IMG/VR virus record: IMGVR_UViG_3300032093_000184
Location: 1 to 53,608 of that record
DNA from: a virus
Lineage: Duplodnaviria; Caudoviricetes
Length of the DNA: 53,608 bases
Strand: one strand, 5' to 3'
Shown: piece by piece, positions 20,819 through 30,195 of the stretch
Layout: the number at the start of each line of letters is the position of its first letter
How positions within the stretch are numbered: position 1 is the stretch's first letter
Made by a program: the position numbers and the translations under genes
Notes under the pieces: generated by a model
Seen by the model: the letters and a program-made list of their open reading frames with translations, nothing else
What the model was told of the DNA's origin: nothing
The model's database searches: none

Positions 20819-20840
20819 GTGAGGGGATTTCTCCCCTCAC
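20819..20840 (-). promoter_or_regulatory. Perfect 9-bp hairpin with a GAAA loop, just upstream of the primase ribosome-binding site
   Basis: Minus strand GTGAGGGGA-GAAA-TCCCCTCAC with no U-tract. Confidence 0.6.
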
Positions 20841-20844
20841 CCCC

Positions 20845-21132
20845 TCAGTTATAGTTACCCAATATCTCAACGAGACGCTCTTTCCTCTGCTTCTGTTCCA
20901 TCGCAATCACCTCAGGCATAGGCCACTGGTGTTCGGACATTACTGCAAGCAGTTTGCGTAGCATTGCCCTTACTGACTGATCGTTGGACTGGCGGATTTT
21001 CTTGCCTCTCACCCATCCATAATAAGTCATGCGGGACACTCCTAGCAACTGGGATAAATCCGTAGTTGTCAGGAGCATATGCCTGCGAAGCGACTCGACC
21101 TTTGTAAAGTCGAGAGGCGGTTTAGGCGTCAT
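20845..21132 (-). CDS. XRE/Cro-like HTH DNA-binding protein
   Basis: LRRHMLLTTTDLSQLLGVSRMTYYGWVRG helix-turn-helix pattern. Confidence 0.8.
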   Translation of the reverse strand: MTPKPPLDFTKVESLRRHMLLTTTDLSQLLGVSRMTYYGWVRGKKIRQSNDQSVRAMLRKLLAVMSEHQWPMPEVIAMEQKQRKERLVEILGNYN

Positions 21133-22081
21133 CTGCGTTCACCTCACCTACAAGGGCAGCGATCTCGTCAGCCAAAGATGTTGCTGCTTGTGTGTTCGCA
21201 GGGGCCGCAGCAGCAGGGGTAGCTTTCGCCGCAGGTTTAGATGCACCGAAACCACGCTTTGGGGTAGCCGCTTGTGTAGGTGCAGGGGCAGGTGCAGGTT
21301 CTACTGGTTCAGCAACCTTAGGAGCGGGTTTCGGGGCAACTGGTTTGGTGGCAATCTTTGGCACTTCAACTGCTTGCCTTGGATTCTCACCAGTAATCTC
21401 ACGGATTTCGGCAGACCCAAACAACTTGTCAACTGCGTCTTGCGACTCATCGTCAAGGAATCCAGCCAACCCAAACTTTAATTTAGGGAAGGATGCGTCT
21501 GTGTCAAATGTGATCTTGGTCTTGACAATCTCAGGTGGGATACCACGCATAGAGAGTTCTTTGACGTAGGCATTGAAGCCCTTGAGTGCGGCAGGTGTAA
21601 CTTGCAGGAGATACACAGGGCCAGCAGGGTCATCAGCCGACACTACAGCAAGACGTTTCTGATCGGAGCAAGCCTTGATTTGTTGTCCGTTCTCAGCAAT
21701 CTTAGAACCCCATGCGTTCTGTGGGCAAGAAGCACAAAGATCATTCTGTGGGTCTGTCGATGACTGGTCAGGGCCAATGCCATCAAGCGAGAAGCAGTCA
21801 GGTGCAACTGGCTCAGAATCTTTTGTCCATGCCTTGGCGTACCAAGTCTTTGACAGGCGAGGGTTTGCACCAACGATCACTACTTCTAGTGCGGTGCTAT
21901 CCAATACAGTCTCGTTGCCGCCTTCGACAATACGGAAACGGCTACCCTTGATGCTGATACGTGGGAATGATTCACCACTACTGATACCGCCCATAAGGGA
22001 TTGTGCCAATACGGATGGCACACCGATACGACCAGCGAGGTGGGCGGGGACTTGGATGTTTGCGGGGATGATGTTGCTCAT
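21122..22081 (-). CDS. Putative single-stranded DNA-binding protein
   Basis: FPRISIKGSRF, PDCFS.DG, CASCPQN.WGS..KAC; Pro/Ala linker and acidic C-terminus; position in the replication cluster. Confidence 0.6.
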   Translation of the reverse strand: MSNIIPANIQVPAHLAGRIGVPSVLAQSLMGGISSGESFPRISIKGSRFRIVEGGNETVLDSTALEVVIVGANPRLSKTWYAKAWTKDSEPVAPDCFSLDGIGPDQSSTDPQNDLCASCPQNAWGSKIAENGQQIKACSDQKRLAVVSADDPAGPVYLLQVTPAALKGFNAYVKELSMRGIPPEIVKTKITFDTDASFPKLKFGLAGFLDDESQDAVDKLFGSAEIREITGENPRQAVEVPKIATKPVAPKPAPKVAEPVEPAPAPAPTQAATPKRGFGASKPAAKATPAAAAPANTQAATSLADEIAALVGEVNADDA

Positions 22082-22105
22082 AGATATTCTCCTTAAGTGA
22101 GCGGG

Positions 22106-22333
22106 TTAAATGCGATTGGTCGCACGTTTGGATTTGGCGAAACCGCCTTGCATTGCCACTGCACGTGCTTTCTCAGCGGCAAGGTGTTCTTCTACATACT
22201 CGTTGTCAATGGCGTTGCCGAGGGGTTCAATGTTTAGCTTGCGTTTTACTTTGGTAGCAGTAGCGTGTTCTGTTAATGCTAGGTGCGTACCTTCATATGC
22301 GGCTTGCTTAATCCACTCTCTAATAAATTTCAT
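22106..22333 (-). CDS. Hypothetical protein
   Basis: Fills the gap in the operon; AGGA upstream of ATG. Confidence 0.55.
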   Translation of the reverse strand: MKFIREWIKQAAYEGTHLALTEHATATKVKRKLNIEPLGNAIDNEYVEEHLAAEKARAVAMQGGFAKSKRATNRI

Positions 22334-22336
22334 GGT

Positions 22337-22741
22337 TCAGTCCTCAACTTTCATTGTTGGTTTACGAACAGTGACGTCTATCTTTGTTCCATAGGTCACA
22401 CCTGCGGGTACTGCCTTGTTACGTTCAATGTACCCACGTACTGCAATCTTGCTTACACGTTTCTCCAGCATGTCGAACGCTTCATTTGTCTTAACAAATT
22501 CCAGTACGGCATCCCAGTCGGCTACGTTGGCGTAGTCTGTAGTGGTTAAGAACGCAGTGCCATGTTTACCTTTGAATGAGGTAACGCCCTGTGCATCTGC
22601 TTGCTCTTTAAGCCACGCTTCTATCTTCTCCATCTTCGCTTTGAGGTCTGATACTCGGCTCTTTATCTCGGCTTCGATGGCGTCCTTCTCGTTACGTAGT
22701 TTCATGTACGTAGCAATTACGTCGTCTACTCTGACAGTCAT
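22337..22741 (-). CDS. Conserved-type phage replication-cluster protein with N-terminal coiled coil
   Basis: YMKLR..K coiled coil, DWD..EFV..LEKRVSK..VPAGV; tightly packed in the operon. Confidence 0.7.
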   Translation of the reverse strand: MTVRVDDVIATYMKLRNEKDAIEAEIKSRVSDLKAKMEKIEAWLKEQADAQGVTSFKGKHGTAFLTTTDYANVADWDAVLEFVKTNEAFDMLEKRVSKIAVRGYIERNKAVPAGVTYGTKIDVTVRKPTMKVED

Positions 22742-22744
22742 GTG

Positions 22745-24298
22745 TCACCTTCTTGTCTGTTGTTGGATTAAATCAAGAAGCAATCCTTGAAGCTTTTGTT
22801 TATTCTTCAAGCGTTCGTACATTTTGTGTTCAAGGTCTGTTGCCTCTATGTGTACGACATTGGATATTTGCCTCTTACCTATGCGCTCAATGCGCCCATT
22901 CGCTTGAACATATTGCTCGTTGCTATTGATCGGGCCATACCATATGATCGTTGACGCACTCGTTAGAGTAAGTCCATGCGCCATTGTTGCGGGATGAGCA
23001 ATCAATACATGCGGTATCTTGGCATGTTGGAAGTCGTGAAAGATTTGGTTACGCTTACTTGAGGATACCTCGCCGTTCACAACTGCAACCGACCAGTGCT
23101 TGCTGAGTTCTTTCTCAAGCATGTGCAATGTGCCAGTGAGTGGTACAAATAAAATTACTTTTTCTCCTGCTTCTTCTATCACCTCCTTTACTAAGTTAAT
23201 ACGTGGACTGCAATCAATACCAATGTTCTGTCCATCATCACCATAGGCTACGCCGCAAGCGATCTGAACTAACTTCTGAATCTTGACTGCCTCATTGACC
23301 GCAGTGATCGTTCCCTCTGCGCTCATCTCCGTCACAAAATGTTTAAGCATCTGTGAGTAATGCTTCTTCTGTTCCGCAGTGAGTTCTACTTGACGAGTCT
23401 GAATGATTGTGTCGGGCAACTCAAAACATTCATCACGTGTGTACCTGACCGCAGGTTGTAGGATGTGCTTCACAATCTCTACGCTCTCAGGTCTTGGCAC
23501 AAATTTCCACTGACCAATCTTCATCATCACCTGTTCTCTGAACGCCGTATACGTCTTGGTGCAGAACGGTGACCCAACCAACTTGGCAAGTGCCCATGCG
23601 TCTGTCGGGTCATTGGGTGTCGGTGTGCCAGTCATCAGCCACAAACGTGTTGGCAGATTGTTCGCCATCCATTTGCGGAATATCTTGAAGCGTTGTGTTG
23701 ATGGGTTGCGTAGCACTGCCGCCTCGTCAACGATCACCAAGTCAAACTTACCATGTGCTTCTTCACAGATGATAGGGAATCCATCGTGGTTAATGATGTA
23801 GAAGTCAGCCTCAGTGTTCAGTAGCTTGCGGCGCTTCTCAGATGTTCCATGAAGCACAACAAATTTACGGTGCACAAACCCTGTAAAGATAGCGTCAGCC
23901 CACACACGTTCAAGCGTAGACAGTGGAGAGATGATGAGCACCTTCTTGATCTGCTTGGTCTGTATCAAATAGTCAGCCGCCCACAATGCAGATTGTGTCT
24001 TGCCAGTACCGATCTCGTTGAGTACCAACCCACAGTGGTTAAGCGTAAGGAACGCCGCCGTCTGCCGTTGGTGCTCATAGGGTTTGTACTGACCACACCA
24101 GTTGTAGTAGTGCAGTATGGGCGATGGTGCTTTGATGCCAAGGTTACGCAGAACCCTGACCTCATCCAGTCTATGCGGTGCTACCACAAGTGGCACACCA
24201 CGTACCGTGTAGGGCTTGGCAGTAGGAATACTGTCGAGAACCCTATTCGGATTGTTTAATTTCATAGCAAGTGTTCTTGCTTGTTCCACCACTACCAT
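22745..24298 (-). CDS. SNF2-like superfamily 2 helicase
   Basis: EIGTGKT, IVDEA, MTGTP, AHGLTL and QANGRIERIG motifs. Confidence 0.9.
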   Translation of the reverse strand: MVVVEQARTLAMKLNNPNRVLDSIPTAKPYTVRGVPLVVAPHRLDEVRVLRNLGIKAPSPILHYYNWCGQYKPYEHQRQTAAFLTLNHCGLVLNEIGTGKTQSALWAADYLIQTKQIKKVLIISPLSTLERVWADAIFTGFVHRKFVVLHGTSEKRRKLLNTEADFYIINHDGFPIICEEAHGKFDLVIVDEAAVLRNPSTQRFKIFRKWMANNLPTRLWLMTGTPTPNDPTDAWALAKLVGSPFCTKTYTAFREQVMMKIGQWKFVPRPESVEIVKHILQPAVRYTRDECFELPDTIIQTRQVELTAEQKKHYSQMLKHFVTEMSAEGTITAVNEAVKIQKLVQIACGVAYGDDGQNIGIDCSPRINLVKEVIEEAGEKVILFVPLTGTLHMLEKELSKHWSVAVVNGEVSSSKRNQIFHDFQHAKIPHVLIAHPATMAHGLTLTSASTIIWYGPINSNEQYVQANGRIERIGKRQISNVVHIEATDLEHKMYERLKNKQKLQGLLLDLIQQQTRR

Positions 24299-24302
24299 GT
24301 CA

Positions 24303-24611
24303 TCACCTGTAAAGTTTTTCTTCTAATGCTTGCTCAAGTGAGTGGAGGGAGTCAGCGTCATACACTAAGAACCACCATCCACCTGCTCGTTGTATTTCTT
24401 CACCACACTTGACCTGCAATACCGTTGGCTTCTTGGTCTTGTCAGCCTTGACCTCAATGCCAATGAACTTGCCCTTCGCAATCGCAATGATGTCGGGGAT
24501 ACCTGCCTTACCAAAGCCATTACTGGCGGGGAAGAAGTACCACACATCGTGCTTCTTAAGTAACTCAACAACCTTACGCTTTATCTTGCCTTCGGGGGTC
24601 AGTGAACTCAT
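24303..24611 (-). CDS. VRR-NUC nuclease (putative Holliday-junction resolvase)
   Basis: PEGKIK, GIPDII, FIGIEVKA, PT.LQ and AGG motifs. Confidence 0.85.
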   Translation of the reverse strand: MSSLTPEGKIKRKVVELLKKHDVWYFFPASNGFGKAGIPDIIAIAKGKFIGIEVKADKTKKPTVLQVKCGEEIQRAGGWWFLVYDADSLHSLEQALEEKLYR

Positions 24612-24645
24612 ATATTACTCCTCTTTACATGAATGTCAAGTAGGG

Positions 24646-25305
24646 TTAAACCCTAGCATAGTCACAATTATGTCGGGCAGGGCAATAGCGGCACAAGCCA
24701 CTTGGTTTGGCAGGCCAGTTGTCGTGTTCCAGTGAGTCGTTGATGCGTTGGATACGCTTCATAACCTCAGCCCATATCGTGTTGACACCACTGCGGTAGT
24801 ACACCTCGGTATCCATAGCCATATCCTTCAGCCACACTAGGGAAGTCTTGACCCTTGTCACCTCAGGATAGTGCTTGAATACTTGGGCGGCGAACAGTTG
24901 CATTTGGAATTGGTCGGCGTTTCTCTTGCCTGTTTTCCAGTCCATCACTACGGCAATCTCGCCAGTGATTACAAGGATGTCAAGTTTAGATCGTAGCCAA
25001 GCGTCAGGCTCCCACCAAGTTGTTGGTGTAAGGTTGTCGGTTAGGACTAGCTCTTTCTCTATGCACAGTTCACCACCTTGGGCGATGCGTTCGACTGAGG
25101 AACATAGGGATTCGTAATGGGCTACCTCTTGCGGTAAGAGGGTGTTCTCTTTGAGTCGTGTCTCAAGGAAAGCATGAACTCGTTCGCCATACTTACTGGC
25201 TTCACCCCCTTCGTCTATCACATCCTTAACAATACGTTGTCGGAAGTAACGCAATGGGCAGTTCTCGTACAGTTTGATGGACGAGTAAGAGTGGCTAAGG
25301 CGCAT
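24646..25305 (-). CDS. PD-(D/E)xK RecB/Cas4-like exonuclease
   Basis: SYSS...YENCP, G..VH..LE, KLDIL, DWKTGK, QMQLF and C-terminal CRYCP...C. Confidence 0.85.
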   Translation of the reverse strand: MRLSHSYSSIKLYENCPLRYFRQRIVKDVIDEGGEASKYGERVHAFLETRLKENTLLPQEVAHYESLCSSVERIAQGGELCIEKELVLTDNLTPTTWWEPDAWLRSKLDILVITGEIAVVMDWKTGKRNADQFQMQLFAAQVFKHYPEVTRVKTSLVWLKDMAMDTEVYYRSGVNTIWAEVMKRIQRINDSLEHDNWPAKPSGLCRYCPARHNCDYARV

Positions 25306-25358
25306 AGGTCATAGCCCCGAGGGGTGTCCTCAGGGTTCTCTGTTTGATTGGAAGTTTT

Positions 25359-25387
25359 AGTATAGCCTACTCTGACATCCGTTGCAA
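25359..25387 (-). promoter_or_regulatory. Sigma70-like promoter upstream of the exonuclease gene
   Basis: TTGCAA-17 bp-TATACT on the minus strand. Confidence 0.55.
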
Positions 25388-25594
25388 CACATCGAACTTT
25401 GCCAGTTCTAGGGCGGCAACTAGCGACATGGTGTCAATCAGATTTGTAGAGTAGCGATGGTAGTTGTCACCAATCTTCACAAGCACCATGAGATTGGATG
25501 CGTCCTCGTTCTCCTGCACTTTGTTGATGATTGCCTCAAGCAGTGAGAGGGCTTCAGCGTTACGTGGTGCACGTTTGATTTCAGCGATAGTCAT
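25367..25594 (-). CDS. Hypothetical protein
   Basis: TAATG coupling to the polymerase stop; GGAG upstream. Confidence 0.65.
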   Translation of the reverse strand: MTIAEIKRAPRNAEALSLLEAIINKVQENEDASNLMVLVKIGDNYHRYSTNLIDTMSLVAALELAKFDVLQRMSE

Positions 25595-27471
25595 TAGGTT
25601 TCTCCGTAATTGTTTGCAGTACCCGCCTCACATGCAACTGGCAACGTGCTTGCCCAGCTTGGAGGGGTAGACATGATCTCGACAATAAGTTTCTCTGCGT
25701 GTTGCGCCTGTTCTTCAGGGGCAGTGATGATGATCTCATCGTGGACTTGGAAAGCCACATGGTAGTGTTGACCAATGGCAGTCATCTGTTCGGACACAAC
25801 AATACGAGCGAGTGCTTGAATCAAATTCTCTGTGACCTTGCCACCATAGATGCGAGTCCAACTTATATCATCCGTTGCCCCAGTAATGACACGATCTTTG
25901 ACTGCCTTGCGGTAGGTACGTGCATCAGCGATGTATTCAAACCCGCTGTTGGTCTGCCGTAGTGCAGGGTATTTAATCTGCAACTTGTTGGGGAGTGTGA
26001 TGCCTGTGTTGTCGTAACTAACCAGAGGATGTATGTTGCCGCTACCACCTTGGGTCATGCCAGTCAGTGCGTGTCCGCACCTCTGCCATAGTGCCACAAT
26101 CTTGTGGTTCTTCTGTCGGTAGAGTCGCACAATACGATCAGCTTCGTTAAGGTCGATGACTACGTTCACACCACCTTGCCCGATCTCAAGGGTGCGTCTG
26201 AACTTCTCTGCGCCCATGCCATAGCCAAGACCAAGGATACAGGTCTTACCTACGAATCGTTCTATCTTGTCCCCCTTGGAAATCTTGCGCCCATACACAT
26301 CGGATGCGAACTCACTATATACATCCCGCCCTTCGGCAAACGCTTGGACTAACTCCTCTTGCCCTGCAATCCACGCAACCATTCGGGCCTCAATCTGTGA
26401 TGAATCACAAGCCACAAGAACTTGTCCCTTGGGTGCTCGTAGTGCCCGCCTGATCTTGTTGTTCCCACGTGCAGGTAGGTTCTGCAAGTTCAGCTTATCG
26501 CCACCACTGAATCGCCCTGTGTGCGCACCATAATAGTTGAGCATGATGGGCAAGCATCCCCGCTGAGCGACACCCAGTAGGGCTTCGGTTCGGGTTTCTT
26601 CGATGGTTGATTTGACACCTAAGCGAGCGGCGACTGCGTTCTGCACACGCTCATCAGGATGTTCCAGTAAGTCGGTAAACGCTTTGTCCGTCTTACTAAA
26701 TGCCCACGCCTGTTTGCCTGTACGTGCGCTGACCTTACTCGGGGGTTCGACACCAAGGTTAATAAGATACTTAGAGAATATCTCGTTACTCATTAGCGTC
26801 TTGGTCAACACTTCCTTGGTGACACCAGTCAGCCCCATGTCTGCGATCAGTCCATCCTTTCGGGCAATTACTTCCTCAAGATGTTCACGCAAGAGAAGCA
26901 CATCCAACTCGATGGTCGGCTCGGTGTACATGCGTAGCGTTTGGTCGATGACCAGCAACTCGCTGACAGGGAAACCTTTCTTCATCTTGTTGAACAAAGC
27001 GTGGGTCAACTCCACATCGTTCTTGCAGTACTCTCCGTATCGTGCAAGTTCTTCGGGTGTGAAGTCTGCCTTGCGTTTGCCCAGTGCTTGGACAACCTCA
27101 TCACCTTTCTTACCTAGCCCATAGTAGGTAGTGAGTGCGGCAAGGCTTCCCCCTACTGTGAGATTGTGCAGGGGTCTTGCCATGCTCAGCGTGTCAAGCC
27201 ACAACTTAGGCTTGATGCCAAAGTGCCACGATAGGATTGCCCCATCGAACGCAGTATGGTGACAGAGGATTGCCTTGTTGCGGTAGTCAAGACTGTTGAG
27301 GAATTTCCCCACGTTGTCTCCGCTATACCAGTCTGTGGGGTAGTCGTTTACCTTCACGCCTACACCGATGACCTCAAAGCGAGGGTCACGTACGTACGCC
27401 TCCGTGGTCATCTTAGACAGGGAATACTCCTTGTCGTAGTAAGTTTCAAAGTCAATGGTTACTATGTCCAT
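25594..27471 (-). CDS. polA: Family A DNA polymerase with 3'-5' exonuclease
   Basis: ExoI IDFET, ExoII HHTAFD, ExoIII YCKND; HTGRFSG..NLQN; motif A DSSQIEAR; motif B RFVGKTCILGLGYG; motif C VHDE. Confidence 0.95.
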   Translation of the reverse strand: MDIVTIDFETYYDKEYSLSKMTTEAYVRDPRFEVIGVGVKVNDYPTDWYSGDNVGKFLNSLDYRNKAILCHHTAFDGAILSWHFGIKPKLWLDTLSMARPLHNLTVGGSLAALTTYYGLGKKGDEVVQALGKRKADFTPEELARYGEYCKNDVELTHALFNKMKKGFPVSELLVIDQTLRMYTEPTIELDVLLLREHLEEVIARKDGLIADMGLTGVTKEVLTKTLMSNEIFSKYLINLGVEPPSKVSARTGKQAWAFSKTDKAFTDLLEHPDERVQNAVAARLGVKSTIEETRTEALLGVAQRGCLPIMLNYYGAHTGRFSGGDKLNLQNLPARGNNKIRRALRAPKGQVLVACDSSQIEARMVAWIAGQEELVQAFAEGRDVYSEFASDVYGRKISKGDKIERFVGKTCILGLGYGMGAEKFRRTLEIGQGGVNVVIDLNEADRIVRLYRQKNHKIVALWQRCGHALTGMTQGGSGNIHPLVSYDNTGITLPNKLQIKYPALRQTNSGFEYIADARTYRKAVKDRVITGATDDISWTRIYGGKVTENLIQALARIVVSEQMTAIGQHYHVAFQVHDEIIITAPEEQAQHAEKLIVEIMSTPPSWASTLPVACEAGTANNYGET

Positions 27472-27478
27472 GTCACCC

Positions 27479-27580
27479 TCAATTATTTTTTATAAACACA
27501 AACATAAATGCGATTAGTGCTAGGGCTAGTAGAAGTCCTATGCCCACAAGTATGCCCCCATAGAACGATAGGCTACACAT
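27479..27580 (-). CDS. 33-aa membrane peptide (not in the ORF track)
   Basis: Hand translation MCSLSFYGGILVGIGLLLALALIAFMFVFIKNN; overlaps the DUF3310 stop; GAGG upstream. Confidence 0.55.
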   Translation of the reverse strand: MCSLSFYGGILVGIGLLLALALIAFMFVFIKNN

Positions 27581-27980
27581 CCTTACTTACCTCAATTAGT
27601 TTGTGGATGTAGTGCTCTGCTTTCTTAATGTCGTCCAGCCCACCCTTGACATCGCATCGTGCAAGATATTTGATAGCGTTACCCCGCAAGAATCCTGCGA
27701 ATTGTTCGGGTGTCATCCATGACTCCATTGCTACCCAAGGTTGCACGGCCATGTCTTTGTAATGAGAACCACCAACTTGTTGTAGGTCGGCAGTCTGCGT
27801 TACCGCGTCGGTGATCTGTGGATTGACTACCTCACCTAGCATAGAACCACTGAGCACACGCTTACGTATGCCGTACACCTGCGGCATGTGCATACCAAAC
27901 TTAGCACCAACATCTTTCGGTACTGCATTGGGATGCTTCAAAAAATACTCTGATACTTTTGCTGATTTAGTTTTCTTCAT
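27573..27980 (-). CDS. DUF3310-family protein with N-terminal HTH-like extension
   Basis: QVGGSHYK..QPW..FLRGNAIKYLAR..KGGLDDIKKA.HY; start moved to ATG 27980 because of the AAGGAG SD. Confidence 0.8.
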   Translation of the reverse strand: MKKTKSAKVSEYFLKHPNAVPKDVGAKFGMHMPQVYGIRKRVLSGSMLGEVVNPQITDAVTQTADLQQVGGSHYKDMAVQPWVAMESWMTPEQFAGFLRGNAIKYLARCDVKGGLDDIKKAEHYIHKLIEVSKDV

Positions 27981-28134
27981 CTTCTTTCTCCTTGGGTTTA
28001 ATGACACGTGTTACTGTTTCTAATGTGGTAAAGCGATGCTCGTTGGCGCACTCATACCTACGATACACCGTATTAGCAGGGCGAGATCGGGTTTCTTTAA
28101 CAAACACCCATGTGTTGCACTCAGGACACTTCAC
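27967..28134 (-). CDS. Zinc-ribbon protein, NrdR-N/Ogr-like (not in the ORF track)
   Basis: Hand translation from GTG: MKCPECNTWVFVKETRSRPANTVYRRYECANEHRFTTLE. Confidence 0.75.
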   Translation of the reverse strand: MKCPECNTWVFVKETRSRPANTVYRRYECANEHRFTTLETVTRVIKPKEKEDEEN

Positions 28135-29014
28135 TTTTTGCTTTCTCTTGTTCTATGGATTTGTATATCGCACCATACTCATCTTCGTCATCACCGAACA
28201 CACCGAATTTACGGCGTAGTTGTACGCTTAGTTCAGCACACACGTTATCAGCCGCTTGTAGCGTTGTCTCTTTACTGATAGTGATGTGGTAGTACGCTCT
28301 GCCTTGTACGCTCTGAGCGAAACCATGTAACAACTCTGTTGGGTGTTGATTATTTTTAATTGAATCGAACAACAAGTCAATCCATTTTTCGTTAGACCAG
28401 TCGGGTTGAACCCAGTCGTATCTAGTCTTACTAAGTGTGCGTTCTGCTATAACATCTTGGCAGATGGTATCGAGTACACCTAGCTTGGCACGTAACTTCA
28501 GTCCCCGCTTGAACACACGCAATGCTCGTAACCATTCGGTACGTTTAGCAGGAACAACTTGTACGTCAGTAGTTGGCTTGGCGTTCATGCACTCACCAGT
28601 ATCAAGATTGAATTTGATGCCGTTGAATACTTCGATACCTTCAGCTTTCATAGCCTCTCGCCATTGTTCCCATCGGTGAGAACCACCATAAAAGCTTATT
28701 CTCTTAGTGTGTATCACACGATGGCGACCAGTAGCTACCCTCTCCCACCCGATAGGTATCGCTCGGGCTAGTGCTTGGCTTAGTGTGATGGAATAGTTCT
28801 TTGCTTGAGCACTCGTCATGGTAAACGTCAACGTGTTGTCAGGTGCAAAGACACAGATAGTCTTGTTGTCCATGCGCAGTTCAAAGTTCTCGTCTACTTT
28901 ATGTAGGCGACACCATCCTTTGACTGGCTTACCCTTGTCAGGGAAACGGCATGTACCATACAGGCGCTTAGCCTGATCGTATGTTTGTATTGCGGCTTGA
29001 TGATAGTAGGTCAT
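28121..29014 (-). CDS. Hypothetical protein, 297 aa
   Basis: Long ORF with GGAGGT SD, coupled to its neighbours. Confidence 0.75.
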   Translation of the reverse strand: MTYYHQAAIQTYDQAKRLYGTCRFPDKGKPVKGWCRLHKVDENFELRMDNKTICVFAPDNTLTFTMTSAQAKNYSITLSQALARAIPIGWERVATGRHRVIHTKRISFYGGSHRWEQWREAMKAEGIEVFNGIKFNLDTGECMNAKPTTDVQVVPAKRTEWLRALRVFKRGLKLRAKLGVLDTICQDVIAERTLSKTRYDWVQPDWSNEKWIDLLFDSIKNNQHPTELLHGFAQSVQGRAYYHITISKETTLQAADNVCAELSVQLRRKFGVFGDDEDEYGAIYKSIEQEKAKSEVS

Positions 29015-29238
29015 CGGATTACCTCCACGTTGTGATGTTTAAGGGCTTCTTCGAGGGCTTCTCGAATTGATTGGCGTATGATTTTCTTCATACGCTTTAC
29101 TTGATACTCATGGTATGCCTTGGTGTACTTGTACAGACTGAGGTTGGTATACATACCCCCCTCACGTCCCTTGGAATAGTCTGCACCCGCTTCCATAGCA
29201 AGGCGTACCATTAGCTTTGTTGATATACGTGACTGCAT
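29011..29238 (-). CDS. Hypothetical protein
   Basis: Tight operon packing with an ATGA overlap. Confidence 0.6.
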   Translation of the reverse strand: MQSRISTKLMVRLAMEAGADYSKGREGGMYTNLSLYKYTKAYHEYQVKRMKKIIRQSIREALEEALKHHNVEVIR

Positions 29239-29239
29239 A

Positions 29240-29860
29240 TCAGCGTGTGAGTTTGTGGGCTACTACAGTAGCAGTCAGAGTACCAAGGTCAACATTGACT
29301 ACGACCTCTTTCTTCTCACGCTCTACTACTTGGCGGTGTCTATCCTTGTAGTCCTCAGGTATCAAGTCCCACAGTGGAGGCCACATCTTCAACGCAGGAG
29401 ATAGCGTTGCATGTGCCTTGATAACTTCCTTGACGGCGCTAACAAAGTCTGTTTTCTTCTGCGCTATTGCTTTGATATCGTTGCGGTAGTCCTCAATCTC
29501 TTGGGCTATCTCCTCCCACTCGTTACCAACTAACTCGTAGCCGTAGTAGTCCTTGTTTTTAGCAGGTACATCTTTGGGTAGGGTGTGGGGTACAGGGCGT
29601 GAGTTAGTCATCTTGCACTCCAACCCACCAACATCTGTACCATTGATTCGTGCTACCTTCATGCTAGAAGTTTCGGTGAAGAAGCACACTGGTAGTGCGT
29701 TCATAGCAGGGATGTATTTACGATGGATGATTTCGTAGATACGATCACCCCACGTTGTGTTGATGTTGTCCCTTGTCGCATTTATCTGCTTGTTAAACAT
29801 ATTCTCTGCGTTCTTTACGATTGCATCTTGTAAGTCTTTACTAAATCTGACTGTAGCCAT
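29240..29860 (-). CDS. Hypothetical protein, possibly Nmad5-like
   Basis: AAGGAG SD; N-terminal VRFSKDLQDAI and C-terminal TL..ALKMWP resemble that family (weak). Confidence 0.6.
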   Translation of the reverse strand: MATVRFSKDLQDAIVKNAENMFNKQINATRDNINTTWGDRIYEIIHRKYIPAMNALPVCFFTETSSMKVARINGTDVGGLECKMTNSRPVPHTLPKDVPAKNKDYYGYELVGNEWEEIAQEIEDYRNDIKAIAQKKTDFVSAVKEVIKAHATLSPALKMWPPLWDLIPEDYKDRHRQVVEREKKEVVVNVDLGTLTATVVAHKLTR

Positions 29861-29861
29861 G

Positions 29862-30005
29862 TCACTCTCCTTTTGTTAGTTGATACACCATCTCGTTGGC
29901 TTCCGCCAACTTGTTTTCAATGTCGTACATAACGACAAACTCTTGGTCAGGGTACAGTTCCCTGATAGTGTCTGCTAAGGTTTGCAGACTCCGAACGATT
30001 CTCAT
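29862..30005 (-). CDS. 47-aa hypothetical protein (not in the ORF track)
   Basis: Hand translation MRIVRSLQTLADTIRELYPDQEFVVMYDIENKLAEANEMVYQLTKGE; fills the gap between neighbouring genes. Confidence 0.5.
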   Translation of the reverse strand: MRIVRSLQTLADTIRELYPDQEFVVMYDIENKLAEANEMVYQLTKGE

Positions 30006-30195
30006 TTTTAACTCGGACTCTAATACCATCTTCATGCCTTTCTATTTCTACGTTGCCATCGGCAACATCATGTACCAAAGCAGAGAGTAAAACCCCTGCA
30101 CGAATATGACTCCGTATCTCAGAGCGTAGGTACGAGATGTAAACACCCATACCTACGAACAAACACACGGCAAACAACTCGCCGTATGTAATCAC
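29947..30195 (-). CDS. Small protein with an N-terminal TM helix
   Basis: ELFAVCLFVGMGVYISYL; overlaps the vWA gene stop. Confidence 0.6.
   Translation of the reverse strand: MITYGELFAVCLFVGMGVYISYLRSEIRSHIRAGVLLSALVHDVADGNVEIERHEDGIRVRVKNENRSESANLSRHYQGTVP

Noticed and set aside
20845-21132. CI-type lysogeny repressor
   Set aside because: It lies inside the replication operon with no S24 peptidase domain, divergent partner or integrase
24646-25305. cas4 as part of a CRISPR-Cas system
   Set aside because: No other cas genes or array; stand-alone Cas4/RecB-like nucleases are normal in phage replication modules
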